A stretch of 64,000 nt of DNA, taken from Nitrospirota bacterium (GTDB lineage Bacteria > Nitrospirota > Nitrospiria > Nitrospirales > Nitrospiraceae). The translations under genes were made by a program, and so were the position numbers. The notes under the pieces were generated by a model. The model ran no database searches. It was not told the DNA's origin and saw nothing but the letters and a program-made list of their open reading frames with translations. Each line of letters opens with the position of its first letter. Within the stretch, counting starts at the first letter, position 1. Shown one piece after another: positions 27,837 through 39,056 of this stretch. The DNA is taken from NCBI GenBank assembly GCA_963701855.1, contig CAVPBK010000010.1, positions 27,265-91,264 on the forward strand, written 5' to 3'.

Positions 27837-29183
27837 TTAATTCAGCGGCGGACGTTCCGCATACAACGTCGTGGACGATGCATCGTAGATGGCGAGGGAA
27901 ACCATGTTTCCCGGTTGAGAGGGTATCGCACGCTTGTCCCAGATGACGGTGATGTTGCCATCCGATTTTCCCATGCCTTGCGCGGCCGATCGCTTCGCAT
28001 CCCCTTCGACCAGGACGGGGACTATCGTCTTCAGATATTCCCGGTTCCGCTCGTAGGAAATGTTCCGTTGGAGGTCGAAGAGTCGTGTCACCCGCTCGGT
28101 CTTTACCGTCTCAGAGACATCGTCTGAAAACTTGCGTGCGGCGATGGTGTTCTTTCGCTCAGAGTATTTGAAGATAAACGCTGAGTGAAACCGTGTTTCC
28201 TCGACAAGCCGGTACGTCTCATCAAAGTCCGCATCGTTTTCCCCACAGAAACCACAAATGATATCGGTGCTTATGACGATGTCCGATCGCAGAGTGCGGA
28301 TACGGTCGACTAAGGCGCGATACTCCGCATTAGAATAGGTGCGATTCATCAAGCTGAGTATACGGTCGCTGCCGGATTGCAGTGGTAAATGGACTTGCTT
28401 GCAGATGTTGGGATGGGATACGACGGCTTCCAACAATGCAAGCGGAAAGTCTTTGGGGTGTGGGGACGTGAAACGCACGCGTTCGATGCCGGGCACGTCC
28501 GCGACCGCCGTGATCAATCGTGCAAAATCCCAGTCGCCGAATTGGTACGAATTGACGTTTTGCCCCAGGAGCGTGATTTGCTTGAATCCTCCCTCGGCGA
28601 TCCGGCGAGCTTCCTGAAGAATTCCCTCTGGATTGCGGGAACGTTCACGTCCCCGAGTGTAGGGGACCACACAGAAGCTGCAGAAGTTGTCGCAGCCTCG
28701 CATGACAGCGATCCAGGCATTCACCCCGTCGGTTCGATCCGGTATGACATCGTGATAGGTTTCATATTCCGAAAGGTCGACCGCGAGTCCCTTCTGATCC
28801 AACCCCTCCTCTTGCGAAAGCATCGCGTTGCGGATCAACATCGGCAGCTGGCGATAGGCATCAGGGCCGGCGAGTACATCGACCAGCGGCTGAAAGTCCG
28901 TCAACTCCTCTTTAAGATTTTGCGCCATACAACCCAAGACGCCTACGACCAACGGACGTTGCCGCTTGAGTTTCTTGAGCTCAGACAAGTGCTTATAGAC
29001 CTTATTGTGGGCATTCTCGCGAATTGCGCAGGTGTTCATCAAAATCACGTCTGCACGTTCTCGTTCATCGGTAAACACAAATCCGCTCTGTTTCATCAGC
29101 GAGCGAACGAGTTCCGAATCGTATTCGTTCATCTGACAGCCGAAGGTTTCAAGATGCACATGAGTTGCGGATTTGGCTTTCAT
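27837..29183 (-). CDS. miaB: tRNA-i6A37 methylthiotransferase
   Basis: TFGCQMNEYDS, NTCAIRENA, GCMAQ, GCDNFCSFCVVPYTRG. Confidence 0.93.
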   Translation of the reverse strand: MKAKSATHVHLETFGCQMNEYDSELVRSLMKQSGFVFTDERERADVILMNTCAIRENAHNKVYKHLSELKKLKRQRPLVVGVLGCMAQNLKEELTDFQPLVDVLAGPDAYRQLPMLIRNAMLSQEEGLDQKGLAVDLSEYETYHDVIPDRTDGVNAWIAVMRGCDNFCSFCVVPYTRGRERSRNPEGILQEARRIAEGGFKQITLLGQNVNSYQFGDWDFARLITAVADVPGIERVRFTSPHPKDFPLALLEAVVSHPNICKQVHLPLQSGSDRILSLMNRTYSNAEYRALVDRIRTLRSDIVISTDIICGFCGENDADFDETYRLVEETRFHSAFIFKYSERKNTIAARKFSDDVSETVKTERVTRLFDLQRNISYERNREYLKTIVPVLVEGDAKRSAAQGMGKSDGNITVIWDKRAIPSQPGNMVSLAIYDASSTTLYAERPPLN

Positions 29184-30511
29184 AGAACCAGCAGCTTTCG
29201 CACGGGCTGATGTTCCGCCGTGAGCTGACCTACCGCCCAACGGTCTGATGCTCCAGTAATACGCACCTCTTTTAGATGATTGGTGAGGTCGATGCTTGAG
29301 GGCACACCCACTTTCAAGAAGTTTACTGTCACCCCCAACCTGAATCCATCTATTTCTCCTGACTCGAAGAGGACGGACACGGTGGATCCGATATATCGTT
29401 CCGCAAAGGCCAGGCGTTTAAGACGGGACAGCTCGGCAAGTTTCTTCGCCCGTTCCCGACCGACTGCGATCGGCACCTGGTCAGGCAGCTTCGTGGCAGC
29501 AGTGCCGGGCCGTTGCGAATAGGTAAAGACATGGAAATAGGAGAAGGGAAGCTCGTGCGCGAGGCTCAGAGTATGCGCGAATGCTTCCTCAGTTTCTCCT
29601 GGAAATCCAACCATCAGATCGGTTCCCAGTCCAAGGTGAGGAACCGTCGCCACGGCCCGCTGGATCAGATGGGTAAACTCTTCTGCATTGTATGGACGAT
29701 TCATGGACGACAATATGGTGTCGTCTCCGCTCTGTAAGGGGATATGGAGATAGGGACATAGCTTCGACGAAGAAGCCATCCGATCTAAGAGGGCGTTCGT
29801 GATCGTCGTCGGCTCAATAGATGAAATTCTGATTCGTTCGAGTCCTTCAATTTCCTCTAATTGTGTGATCAACCCGACCAGATCGAACTTGTCTTGGCGA
29901 TACTGCCCGATGTTGACGCCGGTCAGCACAATCTCCCGGTAGCCCCCTGCTACAAGTATCTCGGCTTCTCGGATTATGTCATCCCGGAGGCGGCTCCGCT
30001 CATGTCCGCGTGCGAAGGGAATAAGACAGAAGCTACACATCACATTGCAGCCATCCTGGATTTTGAGCAGCGCCCTGGTGGAATCCGGTTCGCCATACTC
30101 CGGCAGGGTGAAATCTTCCCGGTCGATGGCGCGAGTATGGAGAATTTCCGGGTCTGGTTGCTTCTTCAGAGCATGGGGAGCCGGAAGAAATGACGGTAAG
30201 TCCCATTTGAATTGATTTCCGACAATGAGATCGATTCCAGGAATGGTGCGCAGCTCTTGAACGCCGGTCTGGGCGTAACAGCCCGTTATCGCCACAAAGG
30301 CATCGGGGGAATGTCTTAATGTCTTGCGGATCACATATCGGCAGGTCCGTTCTGATTCCTCTGTCACCGAGCAGGTATTTACGACAAGCAAGTCCGTCGG
30401 TTCGCCGAACTCGACGACGTGGTAGCCATCGCGCCGCAAGCGAGCTGTGAGCACCGCTGTCTCTGCCTGGTTCAGCCGACAGCCGAGTGTATGGAGTGAG
30501 GCACGTTTCAT
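29180..30511 (-). CDS. mtaB: tRNA-t6A37 methylthiotransferase
   Basis: TLGCRLNQAE, NTCSVT, GCYAQ, KIQDGCNVMCSFCLIP. Confidence 0.92.
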   Translation of the reverse strand: MKRASLHTLGCRLNQAETAVLTARLRRDGYHVVEFGEPTDLLVVNTCSVTEESERTCRYVIRKTLRHSPDAFVAITGCYAQTGVQELRTIPGIDLIVGNQFKWDLPSFLPAPHALKKQPDPEILHTRAIDREDFTLPEYGEPDSTRALLKIQDGCNVMCSFCLIPFARGHERSRLRDDIIREAEILVAGGYREIVLTGVNIGQYRQDKFDLVGLITQLEEIEGLERIRISSIEPTTITNALLDRMASSSKLCPYLHIPLQSGDDTILSSMNRPYNAEEFTHLIQRAVATVPHLGLGTDLMVGFPGETEEAFAHTLSLAHELPFSYFHVFTYSQRPGTAATKLPDQVPIAVGRERAKKLAELSRLKRLAFAERYIGSTVSVLFESGEIDGFRLGVTVNFLKVGVPSSIDLTNHLKEVRITGASDRWAVGQLTAEHQPVRKLLVL

Positions 30512-30656
30512 ATTAGCCAGGCCATTATAGGGAGATCTTTGTTCCTATCGCAATGATCTCCCTCGAGTTCTTCTGCCGCTCACGATCATCGCTTGAAGGC
30601 CCTGAAAGGCCATGGTAGAGTTCGCTGCCTGCCCACCCCATCATCGTGAGTCTGTT

Positions 30657-31067
30657 GTGACATCTTCACAGTCGGCGGCTTCCATCTTCATTGTCTCTCT
30701 TCTGCTCCTGCTCTCTGCGTCCGGTGGATGGACGAAGGAACTTTTGCCGCACGAACCTGACCTCGAGACAAGAATTGACGAGCACTACGATCACGAAGTT
30801 CGGCTCTTTCTCACGCTCTATTCATTGCGCGGGAACGGCCAAGTCGACTATGTCACAGGTCGTCTCGTTCAGGAGTATTCCAGAAGCATCTATGGTAATC
30901 CTGTCTACAGGACGGAAGCCTATCCCTTGTTCTACTGGTGGAACCACACCATGTATAACGATCCGGAGCAGGATGGCGTGAATGGCAACGAACGGGTCTA
31001 CCAGGAAAACGTGGAGTTCGATATTTCGCGCTACAAGCCCTGCACCTTCAATGGACAACCCTGCTGA
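30657..31067 (+). CDS. Exported hypothetical protein
   Basis: Signal peptide; DPEQDGVNGNE loop; start uncertain. Confidence 0.65.
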   Translation: MTSSQSAASIFIVSLLLLLSASGGWTKELLPHEPDLETRIDEHYDHEVRLFLTLYSLRGNGQVDYVTGRLVQEYSRSIYGNPVYRTEAYPLFYWWNHTMYNDPEQDGVNGNERVYQENVEFDISRYKPCTFNGQPC

Positions 31068-31216
31068 GTTTCTTATGTACTGCTTTGCTGGATGGTTCTT
31101 CGATGCCGTTTCGACCCACTCCTTCTCCCTCTCGACAGATTAGATTTCAAGAATGTCCTGCGCGGTCCCTGCATTCCGATGATATGCTTCTCCCGCATGT
31201 GTGCTAAAACGGCTCA

Positions 31217-32485
31217 ATGAAAGCTGCATCTTTCACTCAGATCCTTGCGAACCGTCGCATCGGCATCATGCTGCCCCTGGGCTTTGCCTCGGGTTTGCCG
31301 TTGGCCCTTACCGCTGGGACACTCCAAGCTTGGCTGACGGTTGTCGGGCTCGACCTGAAGACCATTGGTGTTTTTACGCTCGTCGGTCTCCCGTACACGC
31401 TGAAATTCTTGTGGGCCCCCTTGATGGATCGCCTGGTCCCTCCCTGGCTGGGACGCCGGCGTGGATGGATGCTAGTGATGCAGCTCTGTGTCGCGCTCGG
31501 CTTGGCGGCCATGGCGGTGACTGGGCCGGGCCAGCGTCCGGAAATACTTGGGATCCTGGCCCTCGTGGTGGCCTTCCTCGCTGCCTCACTCGATATCGTC
31601 TTCGACGCCTATCGGACCGATGTGCTCTTACATCGGGAACGGGGCTTCGGTGTAGCTGTGTGGGTGAATGGCTATCGATGTGCGCTGCTGCTTGCGAGCG
31701 CCGGCGCCCTTCTATTGGCCGATCGTATTGGATGGCAAAACACCTATTTGCTGCTTGCCGCGCTAATGTTGGCAGGCGTTATCACGATCCTCGTCAGTCC
31801 GGAACCATCAGCGCCAAGTGCGATACCGGCAAGTCTGGCCGATGCGGTTGGTGGGCCGCTGAAAGAATTCTTTACGCGTCCAGGGGTGGTTGGGCTTCTC
31901 GCTCTCGTCGTCTTTTATAAAATCGGAGATGCCGTCGCAGCGTCGCTTCAAACGGCATTTCTGATTGGAGGGATGGGCTTCTCTGTCAGCGAGGTCGGGT
32001 ATGTAAAGGGTCTTGGGATTGGAGCGACGCTCATCGGCGCATTGGCCGGGGGTGTCGCAATGGCTAAGCTCGGGATGGTTCGGTCATTACTGCTCTTTGG
32101 TTTGCTGCAAGCGGTTTCAAACTTGGGATTCATGTGGCTCGCCTGGATAGGCAAAAGTTATGGAGCACTCATGACATCTATTCTCGTCGAGAATGTGACT
32201 GGTGGCATGGGCACTGTAGCGTTTGTCGCACTGATTATGTCGCTATGCGACCATCGATTTACGGCAACCCAATTCGCGTTGCTCTCCTCCCTTGAAGCAC
32301 TCGGGCGGGTATTCTCTGGCCGTCCGTCGGCTGAGTTGGTCGAAATGGTCGGCTGGGCACAATTTTTCTTCTGGTCGTTTCTGGTCGCTCTGCCAGGCAT
32401 CTGGCTGGTGTGGGCTCTCCGAGCACAGTTGCATCGAGAAGCCAGCCGCGATGTGCAAGCCAAAGTTGGCTCAGCCGATCTATGA
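31217..32485 (+). CDS. ampG: Muropeptide MFS transporter
   Basis: LGFASGLPLAL, PYTLKFLWAPLMD, GRRRGW, DIVFDAYR, ATQFALLSS. Confidence 0.92.
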   Translation: MKAASFTQILANRRIGIMLPLGFASGLPLALTAGTLQAWLTVVGLDLKTIGVFTLVGLPYTLKFLWAPLMDRLVPPWLGRRRGWMLVMQLCVALGLAAMAVTGPGQRPEILGILALVVAFLAASLDIVFDAYRTDVLLHRERGFGVAVWVNGYRCALLLASAGALLLADRIGWQNTYLLLAALMLAGVITILVSPEPSAPSAIPASLADAVGGPLKEFFTRPGVVGLLALVVFYKIGDAVAASLQTAFLIGGMGFSVSEVGYVKGLGIGATLIGALAGGVAMAKLGMVRSLLLFGLLQAVSNLGFMWLAWIGKSYGALMTSILVENVTGGMGTVAFVALIMSLCDHRFTATQFALLSSLEALGRVFSGRPSAELVEMVGWAQFFFWSFLVALPGIWLVWALRAQLHREASRDVQAKVGSADL

Positions 32486-32776
32486 CGGACGTATACGTCT
32501 TTGGAGGAACAAGACAAACAGCATTAATGTTGGAAGGGGTGCCAGGACGAAGGGGACAAGCCAAACCCAGAAATTTTTCCCACGCATGCGAGCTTGATCG
32601 ATCATCCAGACAAAGACCCACACAATCAAGCCAAGATAGTTAATGGCCATCTATCCGGCTATATAAATCTTGAGGCCGTTCGTGTTGTCCGATGCCGTAT
32701 TGAGGAAAAAGACTCCCAAGGTGAGCACAAATAGTCCTAATAAGACTGCGACAAGGCGTTTGCTCCAGATAGACAT
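32480..32776 (-). pseudogene. Membrane protein of about 98 codons interrupted by one in-frame TAG
   Basis: MSIWSKRLVAVLLGLFVLTLGVFF...YIAG*MAINYLGLIVWVFVWMIDQARMRGKNFWVWLVPFVLAPLPTLMLFVLFLQRRIRPS*. Confidence 0.6.
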
Positions 32777-32938
32777 GAGGGTCTTTCTGATAGAAGCAAT
32801 GTGAGCAGCATGGTTGCCGCCACAACCTAACGGGCGTAGGCTAGTCATCCGTCTGTTGTTTGTCAAAGGGGAGCTGCGCGCCTCCATTTTTCTGTCGATT
32901 CTGGTGCAACATCGGTTCGGCAACAAGTATTGGCTTGT

Positions 32939-33310
32939 ATGAGTCTTTTGCGTTTGAGCCTAGTCGTGGCGGTATTGGCCTTGAGTGTTGTGTTGGCACT
33001 GACCAATCCCACCATTGATGAATATTTGGCCTTTGTGCAAGCCGAACTCACCAAGGCTCTGGATCGAATGGATCAATCCACACCTGAACGGGAGGGAGCG
33101 GTGGTCAGAAGTATTTTTCGTAGGCACAGTCAGGAGTTGCTCAATAGTATGGTGCGTCCTCATACCATTCGGAAAAACTGGGGAATCCTCAGCCGATTTG
33201 AAACAACGGTCCTGGGTACTAAGGTTGTGGTTATCGGCATTGGCAACCAATTCATTCCCGTTGAAGGAGTGGATGAAGCCGTTCTGACTCTCGGTCGCCG
33301 CGTTTTTTAG
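32939..33310 (+). CDS. DUF4359-like membrane-anchored protein
   Basis: LALTNPTIDEY ... RKNWGILSRF .. VIGIGNQF. Confidence 0.7.
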   Translation: MSLLRLSLVVAVLALSVVLALTNPTIDEYLAFVQAELTKALDRMDQSTPEREGAVVRSIFRRHSQELLNSMVRPHTIRKNWGILSRFETTVLGTKVVVIGIGNQFIPVEGVDEAVLTLGRRVF

Positions 33311-33361
33311 TCCAGAGGCATTCTGGTGGGCGTTTACATCCGCTCTTTTTCATAAAAATAT

Positions 33362-33498
33362 TGTGGATAAGTCGGTATAAATTGCTGAAAGCTGGCGTTT
33401 CTCAATCATTTGCAGTTATCCACAGATTTTCCTCCGTTTCCCCAGCCAACCCACTACATTTGGTATTGACAATTCATCCTGATCGCTATATGTAGATA
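33362..33498 (+). promoter_or_regulatory. nrdJ promoter: two DnaA boxes, two NrdR-like boxes and a TTGACA -35
   Basis: TGTGGATAA 33362-33370, TTATCCACA 33416-33424; CCACTACATTTGGTAT 33451-33466 and TCGCTATATGTAGATA 33483-33498; TTGACA 33466-33471. Confidence 0.75.
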
Positions 33499-33642
33499 GC
33501 CCTCAGTGGATTGATCCGTCAAGCAGCAAAAATCAGGGCGCCCAAAGCACATTTTATATTGGTATTGAAGACAAATTATTCCTGTTTGGGATTAAAAGCA
33601 GTCCCATACCACATACATACGCAGACTGGGGGAGGAGAAATC

Positions 33643-36600
33643 GTGAGAATAGAACGCCGCTTTACACGTCGTGGGCAAGGTCCCTATGAAAATCTGCCGT
33701 TCGTGAAGCGTTCATCGGAAATTCGTAATCCCGACGGATCGACGGTGTTTAAGTTGGAAAATATCGACATTCCCGAACCCTGGTCCCAGCTCGCGATCGA
33801 TATTCTTGCCCAGAAATACTTCAGAAAAGCCGGGGTGCCGCAGCAAGATGAGCAAGGGAATCCGATCGTCGGGCCGGACGGCAAGCCACAGCTGGGAGGA
33901 GAGCGTGACTCTCGACAAGTGTTTGAACGGCTCGCCGGTTGTTGGACTTCTTGGGGGAAAAACTTCGGCTATTTCAAGACTCCAGAAGATTCCGATGCCT
34001 TCCATGATGAGCTTTGTTACATGCTCGCGCATCAGATGGCCGCGCCCAATTCACCCCAGTGGTTTAATACCGGGCTTCATTATGCCTATGGACTCTCAGG
34101 GCCCGCGCAAGGGCATTTTTATGTCGATCCCAAGACCCGTGAAGTTGTCAAAGCCACCAATGCTTTTGAGCATCCGCAGCCGCACGCCTGCTTCATCCAG
34201 TCCGTTGACGATGACTTAGTCAGCGAGGGTGGCATCATGGATCTCTGGGTGCGAGAGGCGCGCTTGTTCAAATACGGATCAGGGACCGGCACCAACTTTT
34301 CCAAGCTTCGCGGCGATGCCGAGCCGTTGTCCGGCGGCGGACGCTCGTCTGGATTGATGTCGTTTCTTCGCATCGGCGATCGAGCGGCGGGCGCCATTAA
34401 GTCCGGTGGGACGACCAGACGAGCTGCCAAAATGGTCTGTCTCGACTTGGATCATCCTGACATTGAAGAATTTATCAATTGGAAGGTGGTGGAAGAACAA
34501 AAGGTTGCCGCCATGGTGACTGGTTCGAAAATCTGCGCACAGCGTCTCAACGCCGTTCTCAAGGCGTGCCACGTTGTTGACGAAGCCGGTCAGATGAAAA
34601 TCGAGATTGACGCCAAGCAGAATTTGATCCTCAAGGAAGCCCTGGCCGCTGCGCGGCGTGATGCGGTTCCAGAGGCCTACGTCCAGCGGATGTTTTCCTA
34701 TGCGCAGCAAGGGTTCACACATTTTGTGTTTCACGAGTACGACACGAATTGGGACGGCAAGGCCTACCAAACAGTGTCCGGTCAGAATTCAAACAACAGC
34801 GTGCGCATTTCCAACGAGTTTTTTGCGAGGTTGGAGGCGGATGGCGACTGGCAGCTCAAGCGACGGATCGACGGTAAAGTCTCCAAGACCATCAAGGCGC
34901 GGGATCTCTGGGATCAAATTGCTTGGGCCGCCTGGATTTGCGCGGATCCGGGCACGCAATACGATACGACCATCAACGAGTGGCATACCTGTCCGGAGGA
35001 TGGCCGTATCAATGCCTCTAATCCTTGCTCCGAATACATGTTCCTCGACGATACAGCATGCAATCTGGCGTCGCTCAACCTCGCCCAATTCTTTTCGGAT
35101 GATGCTCAATTTGAACTGGAGAATTTCCGCCATGCCGTGCGCCTCTGGACGATCGTGCTGGAAATCAGCGTCCTCATGGCGTCGTTTCCCAGCCGCTCCA
35201 TTGCTGAAAAGAGTTATCAGTTCCGAACGCTGGGGCTCGGCTATGCCAATTTAGGCACGGTGCTGATGCGACAAGGCATTCCCTATGATTCACCCAAAGC
35301 ACGGGCCATCTGTGGTGCGCTGACCTCCCTCATGACCGGCGAGGCGTACGGCACATCGGCAGAAATGGCCGCAGAGCTGTGGCCATTCCCGGGCTATGCC
35401 AAAAACCGCGAAGCCATGTTGCGTGTCGTTCGTAATCACCGGCGAGCCTCGTATAATGCCGCTTCGGAAGAATATGAAGGTCTGACGATTACACCGATAG
35501 GGATCCAGCCGGAGCATTGTCCTCCTGACTTGCTCGTGGCAGCACGTCGTGCCTGGGACCGAGCTCTCGAATTGGGAACGGCCTATGGATATCGCAATGC
35601 ACAAGTTACGGTAATTGCTCCTACCGGCACGATCGGACTCGTAATGGATTGCGATACGACGGGCATCGAACCGGATTTCGCGCTTGTCAAATTCAAGAAA
35701 CTGGCCGGCGGAGGGTATTTCAAGATCATCAATCAAAGTATACCCGCTGCCCTCAGAACATTAGGGTATGCCGAGTCTCAGATTCAGGACATCGTGAACT
35801 ATTGTGTCGGCCGGCAAACCTTGCAGACCGCACCATTCATTAACCATGAGACCCTAAGACAAAAGGGATTCGATGATGCCGCGCTCGGACGAATGGAAGG
35901 TGGTTTGTCCCAAGCCTTCGAAATTCAATTTACGTTTAATAAATATGCGTTGGGTGAAGACTTCTGCCGAGAGAAGTTAGGATTGACCGACGCGCAATTG
36001 AATGAGTCCAACTTCAACATGCTGAAAGCGCTAGGATTTACACAAGAAGAAATCGCCGCTGCCAATGATTATTGCTGCGGGACCATGACGGTGGAAGGCG
36101 CCCCACATCTCAAAACCGAGGATCTTCCGATCTTCGATTGCGCCAACCGCTGCGGTCGGATTGGTCAACGATATATCGCCGTCGATGCGCATATCCATAT
36201 GATGGCGGCGGCACAACCATTCATCAGCGGCGCCATCAGCAAAACGATCAACATGCCAGCCGATGCGACGCTGGAAGGAGTGAAATCGGCCTATTTGCTT
36301 GCCTGGAAAAGCATGGTCAAGGCCGTGGCTCTATATCGTGACGGCTCGAAGTTGAGCCAGCCATTATCAGCTTCAACGGATAGCGGCAAGACCATTGAAG
36401 CCTCATCGGAAATATTGACGATAGCTGAAAAGTTTACTGAACGAGTGCTAGTACGGTACCTGGCAAAGCGCCGACCACTCCCGGCCAGACGCAATGGGTA
36501 CACGCAGAAAGCCGTCGTTGGGGGGCATAAACTCTATCTCCGCACTGGTGAGTATGAGGACGGTACATGCGGAGAAATTTTCCTCGATATGCACAAAGAA

Positions 36601-37182
36601 GGGGCCGCATTCAGAAGCCTCATGAACTGTTTTGCCATTGCTATTTCACTGGGTCTCCAGCATGGCGTCCCGCTGGAGGAGTTTGTCGAAGCGTTTGTAT
36701 TTACCCGCTTCGAGCCGAACGGGCCGGTCAAATTGAATGACCGTATCAAAATGTCCACGTCGATCATCGATTACATCTTTCGAGAGCTGGCCGTGACCTA
36801 TCTTGACCGCTATGATTTGGCGCAGGTCCAGGAAGAAGATCTTCGAATGGACTCCGTCAAGATGGATGAGCAAGATCCTGAATGTGTCGAGGAGGAAGCT
36901 ACTCCTGAAACGTTGGCTTCGGCATCGATCAGCACGGACCTATTTCCTGCACGACGTGGGGCGATACCGCGTCATAAGGGCAATGGACACGGAAATGGAA
37001 ACGGTAACGTCGCCCATACTGTCGAACTGAAGCGTGAAACCTTGACCTTGACCGCCATCCAAGTGGCACGCCAAAAGGGCTATGAGGGAGATCCCTGCTC
37101 CGAGTGTAAGCAGTTCACCATGGTACGAAACGGGACCTGCCTCAAGTGTGAAACCTGCGGCACCACGAGCGGCTGCTCGTAG
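33643..37182 (+). CDS. nrdJ: Class II (B12-dependent) ribonucleotide reductase
   Basis: [43 protein letters not shown]-terminal CxxC..CxxCG; GTG start after GGAGGAG. Confidence 0.95.
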   Translation: MRIERRFTRRGQGPYENLPFVKRSSEIRNPDGSTVFKLENIDIPEPWSQLAIDILAQKYFRKAGVPQQDEQGNPIVGPDGKPQLGGERDSRQVFERLAGCWTSWGKNFGYFKTPEDSDAFHDELCYMLAHQMAAPNSPQWFNTGLHYAYGLSGPAQGHFYVDPKTREVVKATNAFEHPQPHACFIQSVDDDLVSEGGIMDLWVREARLFKYGSGTGTNFSKLRGDAEPLSGGGRSSGLMSFLRIGDRAAGAIKSGGTTRRAAKMVCLDLDHPDIEEFINWKVVEEQKVAAMVTGSKICAQRLNAVLKACHVVDEAGQMKIEIDAKQNLILKEALAAARRDAVPEAYVQRMFSYAQQGFTHFVFHEYDTNWDGKAYQTVSGQNSNNSVRISNEFFARLEADGDWQLKRRIDGKVSKTIKARDLWDQIAWAAWICADPGTQYDTTINEWHTCPEDGRINASNPCSEYMFLDDTACNLASLNLAQFFSDDAQFELENFRHAVRLWTIVLEISVLMASFPSRSIAEKSYQFRTLGLGYANLGTVLMRQGIPYDSPKARAICGALTSLMTGEAYGTSAEMAAELWPFPGYAKNREAMLRVVRNHRRASYNAASEEYEGLTITPIGIQPEHCPPDLLVAARRAWDRALELGTAYGYRNAQVTVIAPTGTIGLVMDCDTTGIEPDFALVKFKKLAGGGYFKIINQSIPAALRTLGYAESQIQDIVNYCVGRQTLQTAPFINHETLRQKGFDDAALGRMEGGLSQAFEIQFTFNKYALGEDFCREKLGLTDAQLNESNFNMLKALGFTQEEIAAANDYCCGTMTVEGAPHLKTEDLPIFDCANRCGRIGQRYIAVDAHIHMMAAAQPFISGAISKTINMPADATLEGVKSAYLLAWKSMVKAVALYRDGSKLSQPLSASTDSGKTIEASSEILTIAEKFTERVLVRYLAKRRPLPARRNGYTQKAVVGGHKLYLRTGEYEDGTCGEIFLDMHKEGAAFRSLMNCFAIAISLGLQHGVPLEEFVEAFVFTRFEPNGPVKLNDRIKMSTSIIDYIFRELAVTYLDRYDLAQVQEEDLRMDSVKMDEQDPECVEEEATPETLASASISTDLFPARRGAIPRHKGNGHGNGNGNVAHTVELKRETLTLTAIQVARQKGYEGDPCSECKQFTMVRNGTCLKCETCGTTSGCS

Positions 37183-37196
37183 AATGGGGGGACTCA

Positions 37197-37604
37197 ATGA
37201 GTACGGTGCTCCGCGAGCAAGGAATTGTCACCGTCCACGATCAGGTTGTCAGTCTGGTCGCGCAGCGATGGGCGAAGGCCTTTCATTGCAAAGTCACGAT
37301 TCACACCGATCTTGAGGAGAACCCCTGGGCTGGTCCTCAGCAACAATGCGATATCGTTGGGTGGCAGGTGAGTTCAACTGGCAACACGATGGAATGGATG
37401 GCTGAAGTGGAAACCGAAGATTCGATTAGGGATGTCGCAACCGTTTCAGAATGGAAAAAGACAGTCGTGCGCGGCATCCCCTTCTATCTATTCGTCCCAC
37501 GCGGCTTCAAGGAGTTGGCACAGAAGCTGACAGGGGACGCCTCTGTCCCTGTTAACGGTATCTACGAGTACACATTTGTGAACGGGTTATGCCAGGTGCT
37601 ATAG
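37197..37604 (+). CDS. Hypothetical protein, possible PD-(D/E)XK-like fold
   Basis: HDQVV..CDIVG..MAEVETEDS..FYLFVP. Confidence 0.55.
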   Translation: MSTVLREQGIVTVHDQVVSLVAQRWAKAFHCKVTIHTDLEENPWAGPQQQCDIVGWQVSSTGNTMEWMAEVETEDSIRDVATVSEWKKTVVRGIPFYLFVPRGFKELAQKLTGDASVPVNGIYEYTFVNGLCQVL

Positions 37605-37689
37605 CAGAATGCTGAGTAGGGTGGTGACCTTTAAATTCCGGTGAAGGAGATTGCCATCATCATGTGCCCCACGCCACGGAGTAACGTCC

Positions 37690-38100
37690 ATGCCCACAAC
37701 GACACAATTGATTATTAGCGGATTGAGCAGGCCTGGCGTCATGGCTCAAGTGACCCAGGTTCTTGGTGAGGCGAAGGTCAACATCAAGGCATTTTCTGCT
37801 CCAGAAGTTGCCGGAACAGGAAAGTTGAGACTGTTAGTCGCGGATTTGGAAGGGGCTCGTGCAGCGCTGAAAGCGGCAAAGATTAAGTTTGCGGAGGAAA
37901 CCGCCTTGCTGTTGAGTCTCGAGAATAAGCCGGGGGCTTTGAAAGAAGTTGCAGATCTGCTGACGAAAGCTCGTATCAATATTAAATGTGGCTACTGCAC
38001 CCCGTCCCGCGAGGGAAAACGCGCGATCGTGGTCCTGACAGTTTCAAACACAGAGAAAGCGCTCACAATCCTCCGGGATCAATCGCTCGACGAGTTCTAG
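37690..38100 (+). CDS. Tandem ACT-domain protein
   Basis: SRPGVMAQVTQVLGEAKVNI and NKPGALKEVADLLTKARINI repeats. Confidence 0.85.
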   Translation: MPTTTQLIISGLSRPGVMAQVTQVLGEAKVNIKAFSAPEVAGTGKLRLLVADLEGARAALKAAKIKFAEETALLLSLENKPGALKEVADLLTKARINIKCGYCTPSREGKRAIVVLTVSNTEKALTILRDQSLDEF

Positions 38101-38102
38101 GT

Positions 38103-38783
38103 ATGTCTCGCGGACCTCAATCCTGCTGGTCCCGCTGGCCGGTTCTTCTTGCAACCCTCCTGGTCGGTGTCCTGGCTGCTTGTAGCGGTGCCCCCAAACC
38201 TACCTATTTCCCAGGCTACCCTGTGGGATTTGTCGAGCGTGGGGTTGCCTCATGGTATGGCCCAGGATTTCATGGAAACAAGACGGCAAATGGCGAACGG
38301 TATGACATGCATCAGTTGACGGCTGCTCATCGGACGTTGCCATTAGGATCAATTGCCGTTGTTCGATCGATGAGTACCGGCCGACAGGTGACTGTCCGGA
38401 TTAACGATCGTGGTCCCTTTGCCAGGGGGCGTGTGCTCGATCTCTCACTCGCCGGAGCGCACGCGCTGGGGATGACCGGGGCAGGAACCGATCAGATTGA
38501 ATTGCGGGTGGTGGGGTATCAAGGGCGAACTGCGGAGATGGGGGTCTTACGGGTGCAAGTCGGGTCTTTTTCCGATCATCAGAATGCCATCAACTTCTTA
38601 GAGCGCGTGAAGCCGTTTTATTCAGGCGGCAGAATCCAGGTTGTCGATCTTCCAGAGGGAAAACGATATCGAGTTCAGATTGGTCAATTTTCAAGAGAAG
38701 CTCAGGCAGAAGCCGCTGCCTCCCATCTCGAGTCCTCCCTTGATCTCCAGGCTTTTGTATTTCGAGACGATTCATATAAATAG
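38103..38783 (+). CDS. rlpA: Septal ring lytic transglycosylase with SPOR domain
   Basis: Lipobox LAAC; GVASWYG, TANGE, TAAHRTLP, VRINDRGPF; VQVGSF. Confidence 0.92.
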   Translation: MSRGPQSCWSRWPVLLATLLVGVLAACSGAPKPTYFPGYPVGFVERGVASWYGPGFHGNKTANGERYDMHQLTAAHRTLPLGSIAVVRSMSTGRQVTVRINDRGPFARGRVLDLSLAGAHALGMTGAGTDQIELRVVGYQGRTAEMGVLRVQVGSFSDHQNAINFLERVKPFYSGGRIQVVDLPEGKRYRVQIGQFSREAQAEAAASHLESSLDLQAFVFRDDSYK

Positions 38784-39056
38784 TGCCAGTTTCATCGAGC
38801 AAGGCGCTCCGATACTTCAGTTTTTCCGCGGACATACAACGCAACTACTTGATATTGTGATGTGTTTTCAGCATAAGCTTGCTCACCACTCCATTCGTAT
38901 GATACATCTACAGCTCCATGGATACAGGTCTGATAGGTCCCTATCAAGTCATTCTGTTCTGCCAAATCTCACATTGCGGGGTCCAGGCGATAGGAAACAG
39001 CCCCTGGTGTTTCAGGCTGCCCAGCATAGCCGGTTGTCTCTAATACAGCGCAATCC

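Noticed and set aside
33311..33642. Replication origin (oriC)
   Set aside because: Only two perfect DnaA boxes, no dnaA/dnaN/gidA context, and the site is well explained as the nrdJ promoter.
33643..37182. Intein or intron in nrdJ
   Set aside because: The frame is continuous, the length fits long-form NrdJ, and no splicing or homing endonuclease motifs were seen.
38784..39056. Metal-sensing riboswitch upstream of the corC-like gene
   Set aside because: Small hairpins are present (e.g. TGATAGG-tc-CCTATCA) but I could not see M-box, yybP-ykoY or NiCo consensus features.
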